Assembly: GCA_963748215.1 (NCBI GenBank)
Contig: CAVVHS010000009.1
Location: 256,001-320,000, forward strand
Direction of reading: 5' to 3'
Length of the DNA stretch: 64,000 nucleotides
From: an uncultured Gammaproteobacteria bacterium
Lineage (GTDB): Bacteria > Pseudomonadota > Gammaproteobacteria > UBA9214
The notes beneath the pieces were generated by a model, which was not told where the DNA came from, did not search any database, and worked only from the letters and a program-made list of their open reading frames with translations. The position numbers and the translations under genes were made by a program. The first letter of the stretch is position 1. Every line of letters begins with the position of its first letter. Below are positions 55,496-64,000 of the stretch, one piece after another.

Positions 55496-56656
55496 CTAAC
55501 GGTTACCGGCGTAGCCGCTGAGTTCCAGGTAACCTCTGCCAGTGTGACTGCCGGATACATCGACCGCGCCTTCCCAGTAACGCACGCTGTGATCCATCTG
55601 CTGATCATCAAGCAATGCCTGGACTTCAAGATCCAGCTGAAACCCGTCCACCTGCAGGCGCCAGCTAACCGGATAGCGCGCACCGTCTTCGGCCTGCCAG
55701 TAACGCAAGGGTGTGAGCTTTACCTGGTCGGGCAGCAGGGTGCGAACGCCGCCGTCTTTTTCCACCAGGCTGCCACGGCTGAACGGGTGCGCCTCGCCCT
55801 GCTTGTTGCGCAGCTGGTAGTACATCACCTCTCGGCCATCATCCAGTTGCAGGGCAAACCAGTCCCATCCGGCCTGGGTCCTGTCAAGCGCGGAGCTGGA
55901 CCACTCGTGATCCATCCACGAATCGCCCTGCACGGTGTAAACCGTATCGCCAGTGCGCAGCTCGCCGCGTGTCGGCAGACGCGTAAAAGAATAGTAGTAA
56001 GAGGCATTGCCGGGTGTTGCACTTTTGCGCGACAAGCCGTGATCGCCCTGCAGGACCAGTGGCTTGTCGCCTGACTGCAGTTGCAGCGAAAAACCGGTGT
56101 CCTCGTTCTGCGCCGATACGGTCAACGGAAACAGGCCGGTATCCGCATGCATCGACCAGGGCCCCAGCCACACTTCATACGGCGCTACGCGGGCGCCGGC
56201 GAGGCCTGCCGCCGCGCGTGCAAAACGTTCGGCCGAATAATGCCTGGCTTCGTCGATGTCGCTGATCGCCATGTGCCCCATGTAGATCTGGTTGGTTCGC
56301 CACATCGAATCCTTTACAGGTTCCCCGGGGCGCAGCCCGACACGAAACAGCGTGAACTGGTAACCGAACCGACGCCCGCTTTCACTCTGCAGATTACCTG
56401 TCAGGTACCACCACTCGGTGGCGAATTCGGGATGTGCGCCGTGATCCTGCGGGAACTGGAAATCCCGTGGTTCAAGCGCACGCGCAAAACCGGGATCAGG
56501 TTCCGCTCCCAGCACCTGGTCCACGCGCACCATCGGCGCGGTTGCCGGCGGCCCTGTTTCGCAGGCCGATACAAGCAACGCCAGCAACAGCAGCAGGCAG
56601 CGCACTGTCAGTCTTCCCTCAGTTGCGGTGCCGGGTCGCGATGCGCGGAACGCCAT
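55496..56656 (-). CDS. AttH/CrtC-like lipocalin-fold lipoprotein
   Basis: Lipobox LVSAC, FPQDHGAHP, EWWYLTG, SYYYS, WMDHEW, GWDWF, YWEG, GYLELSGY. Confidence 0.88.
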   Translation of the reverse strand: MAFRASRPGTATEGRLTVRCLLLLLALLVSACETGPPATAPMVRVDQVLGAEPDPGFARALEPRDFQFPQDHGAHPEFATEWWYLTGNLQSESGRRFGYQFTLFRVGLRPGEPVKDSMWRTNQIYMGHMAISDIDEARHYSAERFARAAAGLAGARVAPYEVWLGPWSMHADTGLFPLTVSAQNEDTGFSLQLQSGDKPLVLQGDHGLSRKSATPGNASYYYSFTRLPTRGELRTGDTVYTVQGDSWMDHEWSSSALDRTQAGWDWFALQLDDGREVMYYQLRNKQGEAHPFSRGSLVEKDGGVRTLLPDQVKLTPLRYWQAEDGARYPVSWRLQVDGFQLDLEVQALLDDQQMDHSVRYWEGAVDVSGSHTGRGYLELSGYAGNR

Positions 56657-59109
56657 GCCGGGTAGACAGCGGCAAGCCCCGCAGCCAGCAGCCCGACCAG
56701 CAGCGTCTGCAGCAGCAGCCCGCTATCAACGCTGAATGGCATTGTCCAGCCGAATGCACGCCGTTGCACCGACTGGATCAGGACCCACGCCATGAGCACG
56801 CCGGTGGGAATTGCCACACACGCGGCCAGCAGTCCCATCAGCAAGGACTCGCCGCCGATCAGTCCTGCGATCTGGCCGCGTGTCAGTCCCAGCGCACGCA
56901 ACACGGCATACTCCCTGGCGCGTTCAAGCTGCAGCGCCATCAAGGCGCTCAACACACCGATAAACGCGACAGTCAGGGACACGGCGCGCAACACTTCGGT
57001 GACGCGGAAGGTGCGGTCGAAGACGGCCATGGATTCGTTCAGTATGGCGCCTGCGGGCGTCTGCACGATGGCGTAGCGCGCGGCGAGTTCACTCAAATCG
57101 CGGCGCATTTTATCCACTTCGCCGTTACGCGCAAACAGGGCCAGCGTGTTGACCTGCTGCTCGGGCCAGTACTTGCGGTAGACGGTTTCATCCAGAAAGA
57201 TGCGGCCGTGTTCGCTGGCATAGTCGCGGAATACAGCCGCCACCTGAACGGCCAGAGGGCCTCTGGGTGTTGGCAGTTCCAGGCGCGAGCCGGGCGTCAG
57301 GCCGAGGTGGTAGGCCAGTGGTTCGGAAACCAGCACCGCACCCCTGTCAAATTCCTTCCATGCCGACCGTGCACCGCTCAACAGCACAAAGCCGCGGCGC
57401 GACGGCGCGGCCAGGTGCGCCCCGACGAGTTCCACGCGCCGGCCGGCCAGCGGCAGCTTGCGCTCGCTGTAACGGCTGATCGCCGCCACGGTCCCCAGCC
57501 GGGACACTTCGTGCAGGACGGCTTCAGGCAGATATGCACCTTCATCAAAGCCTTCGGCCGCTACATAGAGGTCTGCACTTAACAGGTCGCTCAGCCAGGT
57601 GTTGACCGAACCACGCATGCTTTCCACCATGACACCGACACCGACGCTGGCTGACAACGCCACCATCAGTGCCGCAACGGCAATACCCAGGCGCGACAAA
57701 TGCCGGTCCAGATCGCGCACGCCCATCCGCCAGATACCGGGCAAGGACGCACGCGCCAGTAGCCGGTACAGCACGCGGATCATCAGGGGTGTCATCATGG
57801 CCGCGCCCAGCACCAGCGCAAACAAGCCGGCAAAGCTCATGATCACGCCGCCCGGTAAAACCAGTGCCAGCAGCAAGCCCGCCGACAACAGCACCAGACC
57901 GAGCAGCGCGCACAGGGGGACGCCGCGCTGCACGGCCTGCTCCAGTGCCGCCCGCGAGAGTGTCGTCAACGGGGGCGTACGTGCGGCTTGCCAGGCGGGC
58001 ACCAGTGTCGCCAGCAGGGTCGCCACCACGCCCAGGCTGGCGGCGATCAACAGTGACCTCCAGTCCAGGTGCAGGGCCGTCACGCTGACCGTGTAGTAAA
58101 GGTCGCTGACGGTAGCCGCCACCAACCGGGTCAGCCCCTGGCCCAGCCACACACCGAGCAATATCCCGATCAGCGTGCCGAGCACGGCAACGATCGCGGC
58201 TTCCAGCAGGATCAGGCTGAACAGTTCCCGCGGCGTCACACCGATGGCGCGCAGCCGCCCGAACAGGTTGCGCCGCTGCACCATGGAAAAGGTCATGGCG
58301 TTGAAAATAAGAAACATGCCGACCAGCAGCGCCAGCAGGCTCATCGCGGTGAGGTTGAGCTCGAATGCCGCTGACAGGCGTGTCACACCCTGCGCCTGTT
58401 CGGCGACTGTCTGCAACTGCACGCCGGCGGGGATGCGCTGCCTGACCCAGCGTTCGCCGGCGGCATCCAGTATCAGGTCCACGTAGCTGAGTTGCCCGTT
58501 CATCTCCAGAATGGATTTGGCGGTGGCGATATCGACCAGCAGCAGGTCGTCACCGGCAGTGCTGTGCCGCGTATCGATACGCAGCACATCGAGCATGGTG
58601 GACCTGCCCCGGTGAACGATGTCCAGCCTGTCACCTGCAGCGACATCGAGCGCGCGCGCCGTTGCCGCGCCAAGCACCAGCGCACCTGCCTGTGTCAGCC
58701 AGTCTGCGGTGAAGCCCGCGCCGGTCGACACCTCGGCAAGCTGACTGCGGAACGGCGCCTCGGCAAACAGGTCAAAGCCCACCAGGTGATAACGTCCCGT
58801 GCCGCCTTCGACCCTGACCCAGCCGCTCACCACCGGCGCCATGGGCGGTGCGCCGGGCTGGCGTTGCAGGCTGATATACACCTCATCGGGTAGCTCGGCG
58901 CCGGGCACGGCAAGGCGATGTGTGGCTTCGCCCTGCAACTGTCGCGCGGACAGCTCGAAGGCGGCACGCGCACCGCTGTTGGCCAGGTCCACCGCCAGTA
59001 CCACCGCAACACCCAGTGCGATGCCGGACAAGGCCAGCAGACCCTGCCAGCGATGGCGCAACATATAGCGCAGTCCGGCACGCAACAGCAATGGCGAGAA
59101 ATATCTCAC
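56608..59109 (-). CDS. FtsX/MacB-like ABC permease with two repeats (AttF/G-like)
   Basis: GIALGVAV, LLVDIATA, NLTAMSLLALLVG, LRAIG / LRALG. Confidence 0.9.
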   Translation of the reverse strand: MRYFSPLLLRAGLRYMLRHRWQGLLALSGIALGVAVVLAVDLANSGARAAFELSARQLQGEATHRLAVPGAELPDEVYISLQRQPGAPPMAPVVSGWVRVEGGTGRYHLVGFDLFAEAPFRSQLAEVSTGAGFTADWLTQAGALVLGAATARALDVAAGDRLDIVHRGRSTMLDVLRIDTRHSTAGDDLLLVDIATAKSILEMNGQLSYVDLILDAAGERWVRQRIPAGVQLQTVAEQAQGVTRLSAAFELNLTAMSLLALLVGMFLIFNAMTFSMVQRRNLFGRLRAIGVTPRELFSLILLEAAIVAVLGTLIGILLGVWLGQGLTRLVAATVSDLYYTVSVTALHLDWRSLLIAASLGVVATLLATLVPAWQAARTPPLTTLSRAALEQAVQRGVPLCALLGLVLLSAGLLLALVLPGGVIMSFAGLFALVLGAAMMTPLMIRVLYRLLARASLPGIWRMGVRDLDRHLSRLGIAVAALMVALSASVGVGVMVESMRGSVNTWLSDLLSADLYVAAEGFDEGAYLPEAVLHEVSRLGTVAAISRYSERKLPLAGRRVELVGAHLAAPSRRGFVLLSGARSAWKEFDRGAVLVSEPLAYHLGLTPGSRLELPTPRGPLAVQVAAVFRDYASEHGRIFLDETVYRKYWPEQQVNTLALFARNGEVDKMRRDLSELAARYAIVQTPAGAILNESMAVFDRTFRVTEVLRAVSLTVAFIGVLSALMALQLERAREYAVLRALGLTRGQIAGLIGGESLLMGLLAACVAIPTGVLMAWVLIQSVQRRAFGWTMPFSVDSGLLLQTLLVGLLAAGLAAVYPAWRSAHRDPAPQLRED

Positions 59110-59114
59110 GGCAT

Positions 59115-59852
59115 TCAGTCTGCCGCTACCTGCCCGTGGCTCAGACGCAGAACCCGGTCGGCCGCCTGAGCAACATATGTGCTATGCGTTACCAGCAGCA
59201 TGGTCGTTCCCTGCCGCCTGGCCAGGCCGGTGAGCAACTCGATGATCCGGCCGGCGCTATCCTCATCCAGGTTGCCGGTGGGCTCGTCGGCCAGCAACAG
59301 GTCGGGCCGGTGCACCAGCGCGCGGGCGATGGCGGCGCGCTGCTGTTCACCGCCCGACAGTGTTTCGGGAAAACGATGCTCCAGACCGCCGAGTCCGACA
59401 TCTTCCAGCAGATCGGCAGCGCGTTGTTGCGCTGCGGAATTGGCATTACCCAGCAGTTCCAGCGGCAGGGCAATATTCTCACCCACCGTCAGGGTCTGGA
59501 TAAGGTTGAAAAACTGGAATACGAAACCGATACGCCGGCGCCGCAACAGGGTGCGTTCGGGTTCCGCCAGTGCGTGTACATCGACACCGTCCAGCCACAC
59601 GTTACCGCTGTCTGGGCTGTCGATACCGCTGATCAGGTTGAGCAGGGTCGTCTTGCCACTGCCACTGGCCCCCAGCAAGGCAACCGTTTCGCCTTTCCCG
59701 ACGCTGAACGTCAGCCTGTCGAATACCACTTGTCGCGTGCTGCCGGACCAGTACACCTTGGCTAGATTGTCGACACCTACCATGCTCACCTGGATACTGC
59801 CCGCGTTGCCAAACAATTCCGTTGACATCATACACTGCTGCACGTCATGCAC
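59115..59852 (-). CDS. ABC transporter ATP-binding subunit (LolD/AttE-like); start uncertain
   Basis: GASGSGKTT, LSGGEQQR, ADEPTGNLD, LVTH. Confidence 0.93.
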   Translation of the reverse strand: MHDVQQCMMSTELFGNAGSIQVSMVGVDNLAKVYWSGSTRQVVFDRLTFSVGKGETVALLGASGSGKTTLLNLISGIDSPDSGNVWLDGVDVHALAEPERTLLRRRRIGFVFQFFNLIQTLTVGENIALPLELLGNANSAAQQRAADLLEDVGLGGLEHRFPETLSGGEQQRAAIARALVHRPDLLLADEPTGNLDEDSAGRIIELLTGLARRQGTTMLLVTHSTYVAQAADRVLRLSHGQVAAD

Positions 59853-59898
59853 TTACCCCTGTGCCAGGAGGGGACCGGGGTCCACTTCAATGAATAGA

Positions 59899-59992
59899 GA
59901 ATAGGGGACAAACCGCGTTTTTCAATACGGAAGAATAGGGGACAGACCACGTTTAGGGAAGAATAGGAAGAATAGGGGACAGACCACGTTTT
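59899..59992 (+). repeat. Three direct copies of GAATAGGGGACAGACCACGTTT
   Basis: Copies at 59899 (degenerate), 59933 and 59970; the last abuts the transposase stop codon. Confidence 0.9.
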
Positions 59993-60682
59993 TCAATCTG
60001 ATTTGGCGGGTCTTCCCGGGTTTCTACGTGTAACACGTCGTTGCAGCATGTGGGAGATCTCAGACTTAAAGCGTTCATTACCCAGAGCATAGTTACCATG
60101 CGAAGCAGTCCGGATCTCGGCAAGCAGATCGGGGTCTATAGCTGTGTGAAACAGGCCACGGTAATTGGCAAGACGCGTTTCTTCACTCCCTCCGAGTGCC
60201 AGGTATTCTGCGTGTGGCGTCAGGCCGTCGTGCTGTGCGCCTTGACCGTTAATCCTGTAACTTGACCACTGATATTCTGCCGGGTGCTCTACCATGACTG
60301 CGCGAACCGGGTTCAATTCGATATATCGGTAACAGGCAAGTACATAGTGACTTTCCTGAACCAGACAGGAGCGAAAACGGCCTTCCCAAAGCGTTCCGCT
60401 GCGCTGGTAGCGACGGTTACTGTATTGGACGTAACGCTGACCAAGCTGTTTCATGAGCAGAGCGGCGCTATCACGCGCTGCTGGGGTAAGGAGCAGGTGT
60501 ACATGATTCGTCATCAGGCACCAGGCATGTACACTGCAACGATATCTAGCGCCCTGCTCAGCCAGGGTATCAAGGTAATACTGGTAATCGCAGTTGTCGT
60601 AGAAGCAGGGGCTGCGATTATTGCCGCGCTGGATGATATGCCAGGGAATGCCAGGAATGACCAGGCGGGCACGGCGTGGCAT
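59993..60682 (-). CDS. HUH Y1 transposase (RAYT/TnpA-REP-like)
   Basis: MPRRAR..HIIQRGNNR, CLMTNHVHLL (HUH), LWEGRF, YIELNPVRA (catalytic Tyr), YQWSSY. Confidence 0.92.
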   Translation of the reverse strand: MPRRARLVIPGIPWHIIQRGNNRSPCFYDNCDYQYYLDTLAEQGARYRCSVHAWCLMTNHVHLLLTPAARDSAALLMKQLGQRYVQYSNRRYQRSGTLWEGRFRSCLVQESHYVLACYRYIELNPVRAVMVEHPAEYQWSSYRINGQGAQHDGLTPHAEYLALGGSEETRLANYRGLFHTAIDPDLLAEIRTASHGNYALGNERFKSEISHMLQRRVTRRNPGRPAKSD

Positions 60683-60782
60683 AAGAATAACCTTGTTCAA
60701 TTTAGAGTAAGAGTTGAATGGTGAATGCATGAATACGGCGGTTATGTAGTGAATGTGCGTGAAGGTGCGTCAGTAATTGACG

Positions 60783-60800
60783 AAAACGTGGTCTGTCCCC
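60783..60800 (-). repeat. Inverted copy of the transposase-flanking repeat
   Basis: AAAACGTGGTCTGTCCCC is the exact reverse complement of 59975..59992. Confidence 0.9.
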
Positions 60801-61054
60801 CTTTTTCAGATCGATAATGCGGGACTCACGAAGTACTACGATGAAATAGTCTCAGTCGAGGAAACTTGAAGTTTCAAGTCGGATGCTAAGGTCCACCGGT
60901 CGGTTATGGGGGTGACCTTGAATGTTCGCTGATGGACGTAGATTCGCAGTCCCAACTCAAGACGTCATACCGTGATGGCACCACGGGGGAAACCCAGGGG
61001 ACGTTCGTCAAATAGTCAAAATAAAGTTAAAACAGAAATAGCGGATTAATTATT

Positions 61055-61453
61055 CTATTTGTCGGCCAAACTTTCCCACAAGCCTCTGGGTGTGATTATG
61101 GGTAGCCCTTCCACGCTTTCCAAATTCAATAAGGCCTTATCTCCTGTGACGAACACATTGGCGTTGCCCGCCAGCGCGGCGGCAAGAATTGCTTCGTCAT
61201 CAGGATCAGGAAGTTTCGGCAAAGGGTGTTCGGCGGCTATAACCTGACCCTCTGTGCGGAGTAGTGCAATAAAGCCATTAGTGATCGCTTCTGTCTGACC
61301 CAGTTTTTCTGGGAGGATGCGTTGTAGTTCTCTAAAGACGGCTTCGGAGATTAATAGATCGTGGGACTGGAGAACCACTTCAAAGAGTTCAGCGCACAGT
61401 CCACGTGTTGTCAAGGCGCTGGCCAATACATTGGTATCCAGAAATATCCGCAC
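61055..61453 (-). CDS. PIN-domain (VapC-like) toxin
   Basis: FLDTNVLASAL, PDPDDEAIL, FVTGDKALL; TAGTG overlap with the antitoxin. Confidence 0.9.
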   Translation of the reverse strand: MRIFLDTNVLASALTTRGLCAELFEVVLQSHDLLISEAVFRELQRILPEKLGQTEAITNGFIALLRTEGQVIAAEHPLPKLPDPDDEAILAAALAGNANVFVTGDKALLNLESVEGLPIITPRGLWESLADK

Positions 61454-61665
61454 TAGATGTCCCGAAAGACATCTTCATCGGTAACATACCCGGCAGCCTC
61501 CGCCAGTGGTAGCGCCTTATGGCGTAAGGCACGAAAACGTTCTACGGCGATGCGTTTACGCAGCATCTCTCTTGCCAGATCACTTTTAGTGCGGTGCTGG
61601 GCCTTGGCTAGCTGGTCAAGGTCTTTTTCCAGTTCGTCGTCGATACGGATGGTCAGGGTGCCCAT
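61453..61665 (-). CDS. CopG/RHH antitoxin
   Basis: MGTLTIRIDDEL...KSDLAREML...TDEDVF. Confidence 0.88.
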   Translation of the reverse strand: MGTLTIRIDDELEKDLDQLAKAQHRTKSDLAREMLRKRIAVERFRALRHKALPLAEAAGYVTDEDVFRDI

Positions 61666-61691
61666 GGGGTCCTCCAAGCAAAGAAGTTTAT

Positions 61692-61712
61692 CTGTATTAC
61701 ATTGTAGTACAG
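61692..61712. promoter_or_regulatory. Putative autoregulatory operator of the TA operon
   Basis: Near-palindrome CTGTATTACATTGTAGTACAG about 27 bp upstream of the antitoxin ATG. Confidence 0.6.
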
Positions 61713-61891
61713 CGACGGGCGGGGAGACAGCCTTTAATGCGGATTACTGGTTTAATGACAGAAAAGGTGCTGAAAATGCCTGCGGGAGTTTTGCGGGACT
61801 GGGTGCAGCACCGTTATGCACGGTACTGCATTTTAGGCAACGGACGCCCCGGTATTATGTTATATAAAACAATTAGATAGGTCGTGATTCT

Positions 61892-62022
61892 CGGACTTTT
61901 AATCCGATGGTCGTTGGTTCGAGCCGAGGACGACGCAGTCGGCCGAGACAACAGCGTCGCATCAGCGACGCTGACCCCGAAGGGGCGAGGGCGCAGCCCG
62001 AGTAATCCAACACGACCCACCA
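61892..62022 (+). other. Displaced 3' part of tRNA-Lys (att site) with an 82 bp insert in the T-loop
   Basis: CGGACTTTTAATCCGATGGTCGTTGGTTCGA [61923..62004] ATCCAACACGACCCACCA equals tRNA 54598..54646 plus the insert. Confidence 0.92.
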
Positions 62023-62065
62023 TTAAATCAATCACTTAATTCCGATTTTTCATCCCGGTAAAAAT

Positions 62066-62323
62066 TGATTGTGGGGATTTTGCGGGGATTAACCGTAAAC
62101 CTTCCTCGTTGGTAAAATTTCGCCTGTAATAAAATCAATTGGTTGCACGTTAGTAACAGACTCGAACCGTTATTCTCTGGACCAAAAATCCGATGCTCGT
62201 ATAAACACGCAGATGTTGTGAAAAATGCATGAGTTTTATCTCGAACTCCATGACATGCATGTATAGATCAATGACTGTGGTACAGATATGTAACCCGCCA
62301 TTCAATGCTTAACCACTATCGCT
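62066..62323 (+). repeat. 258 bp direct repeat, copy 2
   Basis: Identical by eye to 54690..54947. Confidence 0.95.
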
Positions 62324-63617
62324 CTTCAGGCGCCTTCCAGGATTGTAATCGGTCGAGCGTATCGATGCTGCCGATCAGCTTTCGAGCGCGTCGCAGCCGT
62401 TCCATGGTGTGCTCTCGCTGATCTTTTGGTAAGTCTTCCAATCTCCGTTCTGCGTCAGCGAAGAACGCCTCGAGTTGTTTTGACGTGGCCCATGTTTCGA
62501 TGATCTCGAGCAGTTCCTCTTTGCTGTCTTTAAGGGCCTTTGCGGCACGTCTCTCCGCCTCTTCGCGATGCCATTGCTCCATTTGGGCGGCCCAGCGCTG
62601 GCGCTCCCGTTCTGCTTCGCGTTCGCCTTCTTCAACCAGGCGCGCGATGTCAATCGTGGCTTTGGTCAGCGCGCGTACAATCGCGGGGATTCGGGTGGAG
62701 AGATCGCGATGGTTTGTTTCCCGCCATTGCTGGGTCCATTGCGCGCGCGGGTAGGGTGAATAGGCTTGCAGACATAATCGGCCGGTCGGGAAATCTCGCC
62801 TGCTGGTCCAGCCGCTATCCGCTACATAGCGGCCACGCCGTTGCGGGACGTAGTCACTCACCCGTACATACTCACCTTTGACATAGCGCACCTCGACGTT
62901 CTCGGACAGCTCGATGATGGTAAGACCAATCGCGACGGTCCCGATATAGACGACGGTGCTGCGCTGCGGTGACCAGAGGTTGTTGTAATGGTGTTGTTTC
63001 TCCGGATGCTCCCGTTCATCGACTGTTGCCCTGTGAAATTGCTCTGTATTCGGTGCGATGAGTACCCGGTGCCCGCGCGTTTCCAGTGCAAGAAAGAGCT
63101 GGTTGGCAAAGGACAGGGCCTTGTCCAGGCCGGTTTTCGTCACAACCAGATCAATGAGCAGCCTTTTCGCGGGCTTCAGGTAGCCTGCGGAATAGGAGAG
63201 CCGGCCTACCTCGAAGTGTGATTTCACCTCGGTGGTCAGCGGATGTCGATCCGGGAGCGGTTGGTGATGTTTGTGTGCTTTGCGGTCTTTCTTGTCCGGT
63301 GGCTTCGGTTGCGGTCGTGCGCGCCTGGGTGGTGTGCCATCGCGTGACCACTCGAGTGGATCGCCGGGTCGCGCTTCCGGGAAGGCTGGCTGTGTGGATG
63401 CCTTACCGACTGCCAGTTTTGCCCAATAGCCGCGCTCAGGTCGTGGCACGTTGAGCTGGGTACAGACCCGGGCCATGTAGCTTGATGAAACACCGAACCG
63501 GGCCGCCACCTTGAGCATCGGCTCGGCCCAGACGAGTGCGTACAGCGCTTCCCGTGTGACTTTCGAGTCGTCTTGCGTGGGGTCTGGTGGTGAGTGCTTA
63601 CCGTTTCCGGGATTCAC
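62316..63617 (-). CDS. Island-associated hypothetical protein with an N-terminal HTH-like region
   Basis: 433 aa; TREALYALVWAEP..KVAARFGVS...VPRPERGYWAK, C-terminal coiled coil. Confidence 0.75.
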   Translation of the reverse strand: MNPGNGKHSPPDPTQDDSKVTREALYALVWAEPMLKVAARFGVSSSYMARVCTQLNVPRPERGYWAKLAVGKASTQPAFPEARPGDPLEWSRDGTPPRRARPQPKPPDKKDRKAHKHHQPLPDRHPLTTEVKSHFEVGRLSYSAGYLKPAKRLLIDLVVTKTGLDKALSFANQLFLALETRGHRVLIAPNTEQFHRATVDEREHPEKQHHYNNLWSPQRSTVVYIGTVAIGLTIIELSENVEVRYVKGEYVRVSDYVPQRRGRYVADSGWTSRRDFPTGRLCLQAYSPYPRAQWTQQWRETNHRDLSTRIPAIVRALTKATIDIARLVEEGEREAERERQRWAAQMEQWHREEAERRAAKALKDSKEELLEIIETWATSKQLEAFFADAERRLEDLPKDQREHTMERLRRARKLIGSIDTLDRLQSWKAPEER

Positions 63618-63654
63618 GATACTGTTCCAACCGCAGCGAGATCAGCGCACTACA

Positions 63655-64000
63655 CTACGATTCTTCCAGCCAAGGTCCACCTTCTTTCCAGCGCGCATCG
63701 AATTTCAATCCTTGTCGGGCGGCTGCTGTCGGTGGTCGCAGAAACGCTGCCAGGAACTCGCACACGTCCGTAAGCAACGGTCCGTCTCCGTCTGTGGATA
63801 CTCTCGACAGGAATGCCTTCCACTGGCTGTTCTTTGCCCGGTCGCTCGCGAAGTCGGGACCGAGACCGGATGGCGTGTCTTCTGGCAGCTCGGTTCGCCG
63901 GCGTGCGAATGTATTGCCTATCGCTTGGGCATGTGACTCGCCCTGGTAATCAAAATCCCGCGCCATCACCCACAGGTCGTAGAAATCCTTCATCCGACTA
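63655..64000 (-). CDS. AbiEii/AbiGii-type nucleotidyltransferase toxin, C-terminal part (start beyond window)
   Basis: SRMKDFYDLW...AIGNTFARRRTELP...QWKAFL. Confidence 0.8.
   Translation of the reverse strand, partial: SRMKDFYDLWVMARDFDYQGESHAQAIGNTFARRRTELPEDTPSGLGPDFASDRAKNSQWKAFLSRVSTDGDGPLLTDVCEFLAAFLRPPTAAARQGLKFDARWKEGGPWLEES

Larger units (their letters stand above)
54647..62022. mobile_element. Integrase-less genomic islet integrated in tRNA-Lys
   Basis: Bounded by the intact tRNA and a duplicate of its 3' part (61892..62022). IHF consensus AATCAA-TCAG-TTA at 54650; 11-bp-spaced TG(T/C)GGG repeats at 54694 and 61781. Confidence 0.8.

Noticed and set aside
61892-62022. Intron-containing functional tRNA gene
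   Set aside because: The 5' acceptor strand and D-arm are missing; the insert is far too short for a group I/II intron and lies in the T-loop.
54690-62323. DGR template/variable repeat pair
   Set aside because: Copies are identical with no adenine-specific differences, essentially non-coding, and no reverse transcriptase is present.

Overview
GC-rich gammaproteobacterial chromosome segment. Several genes carry single-base indels, mostly insertions, that look like uncorrected long-read errors. Left part: a type IV pilus locus on the minus strand (pilS-pilR-pilA ... pilB-pilC-pilD-coaE). A ~14 kb mosaic glycan cluster sits between pilA and pilB: a TMTC-like GT-C glycosyltransferase, a polyprenol-P-sugar GT2, other GTs, a Wzx flippase, a sulfotransferase, a perosamine-type aminotransferase and methyltransferases. 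Middle: housekeeping genes (sucCD, nadE, bamD, rluD, pgeF, ZIP, clpB, Atm1-like ABC, aspS, yebC, ruvCAB, ybgC-tolQRAB-pal-cpoB, queE, queC, YeeE/YedE). Their intergenic spaces hold several families of REP, MITE-like and periodic repeats, including a ~500 bp fold-back element and a 131 bp tandem array. Right: tRNA-Lys(UUU) anchors tandem islands. The first is a 7.2 kb integrase-less islet (CBS protein, AttEFGH-like ABC system, HUH/Y1 transposase between 18 bp inverted repeats, RHH-PIN TA). It ends in a displaced tRNA 3' half whose T-loop is interrupted by an 82 bp multi-hairpin insert. A second island follows and starts with the same 258 bp leader. All calls come from reading the sequence and motifs; no database searches were run.
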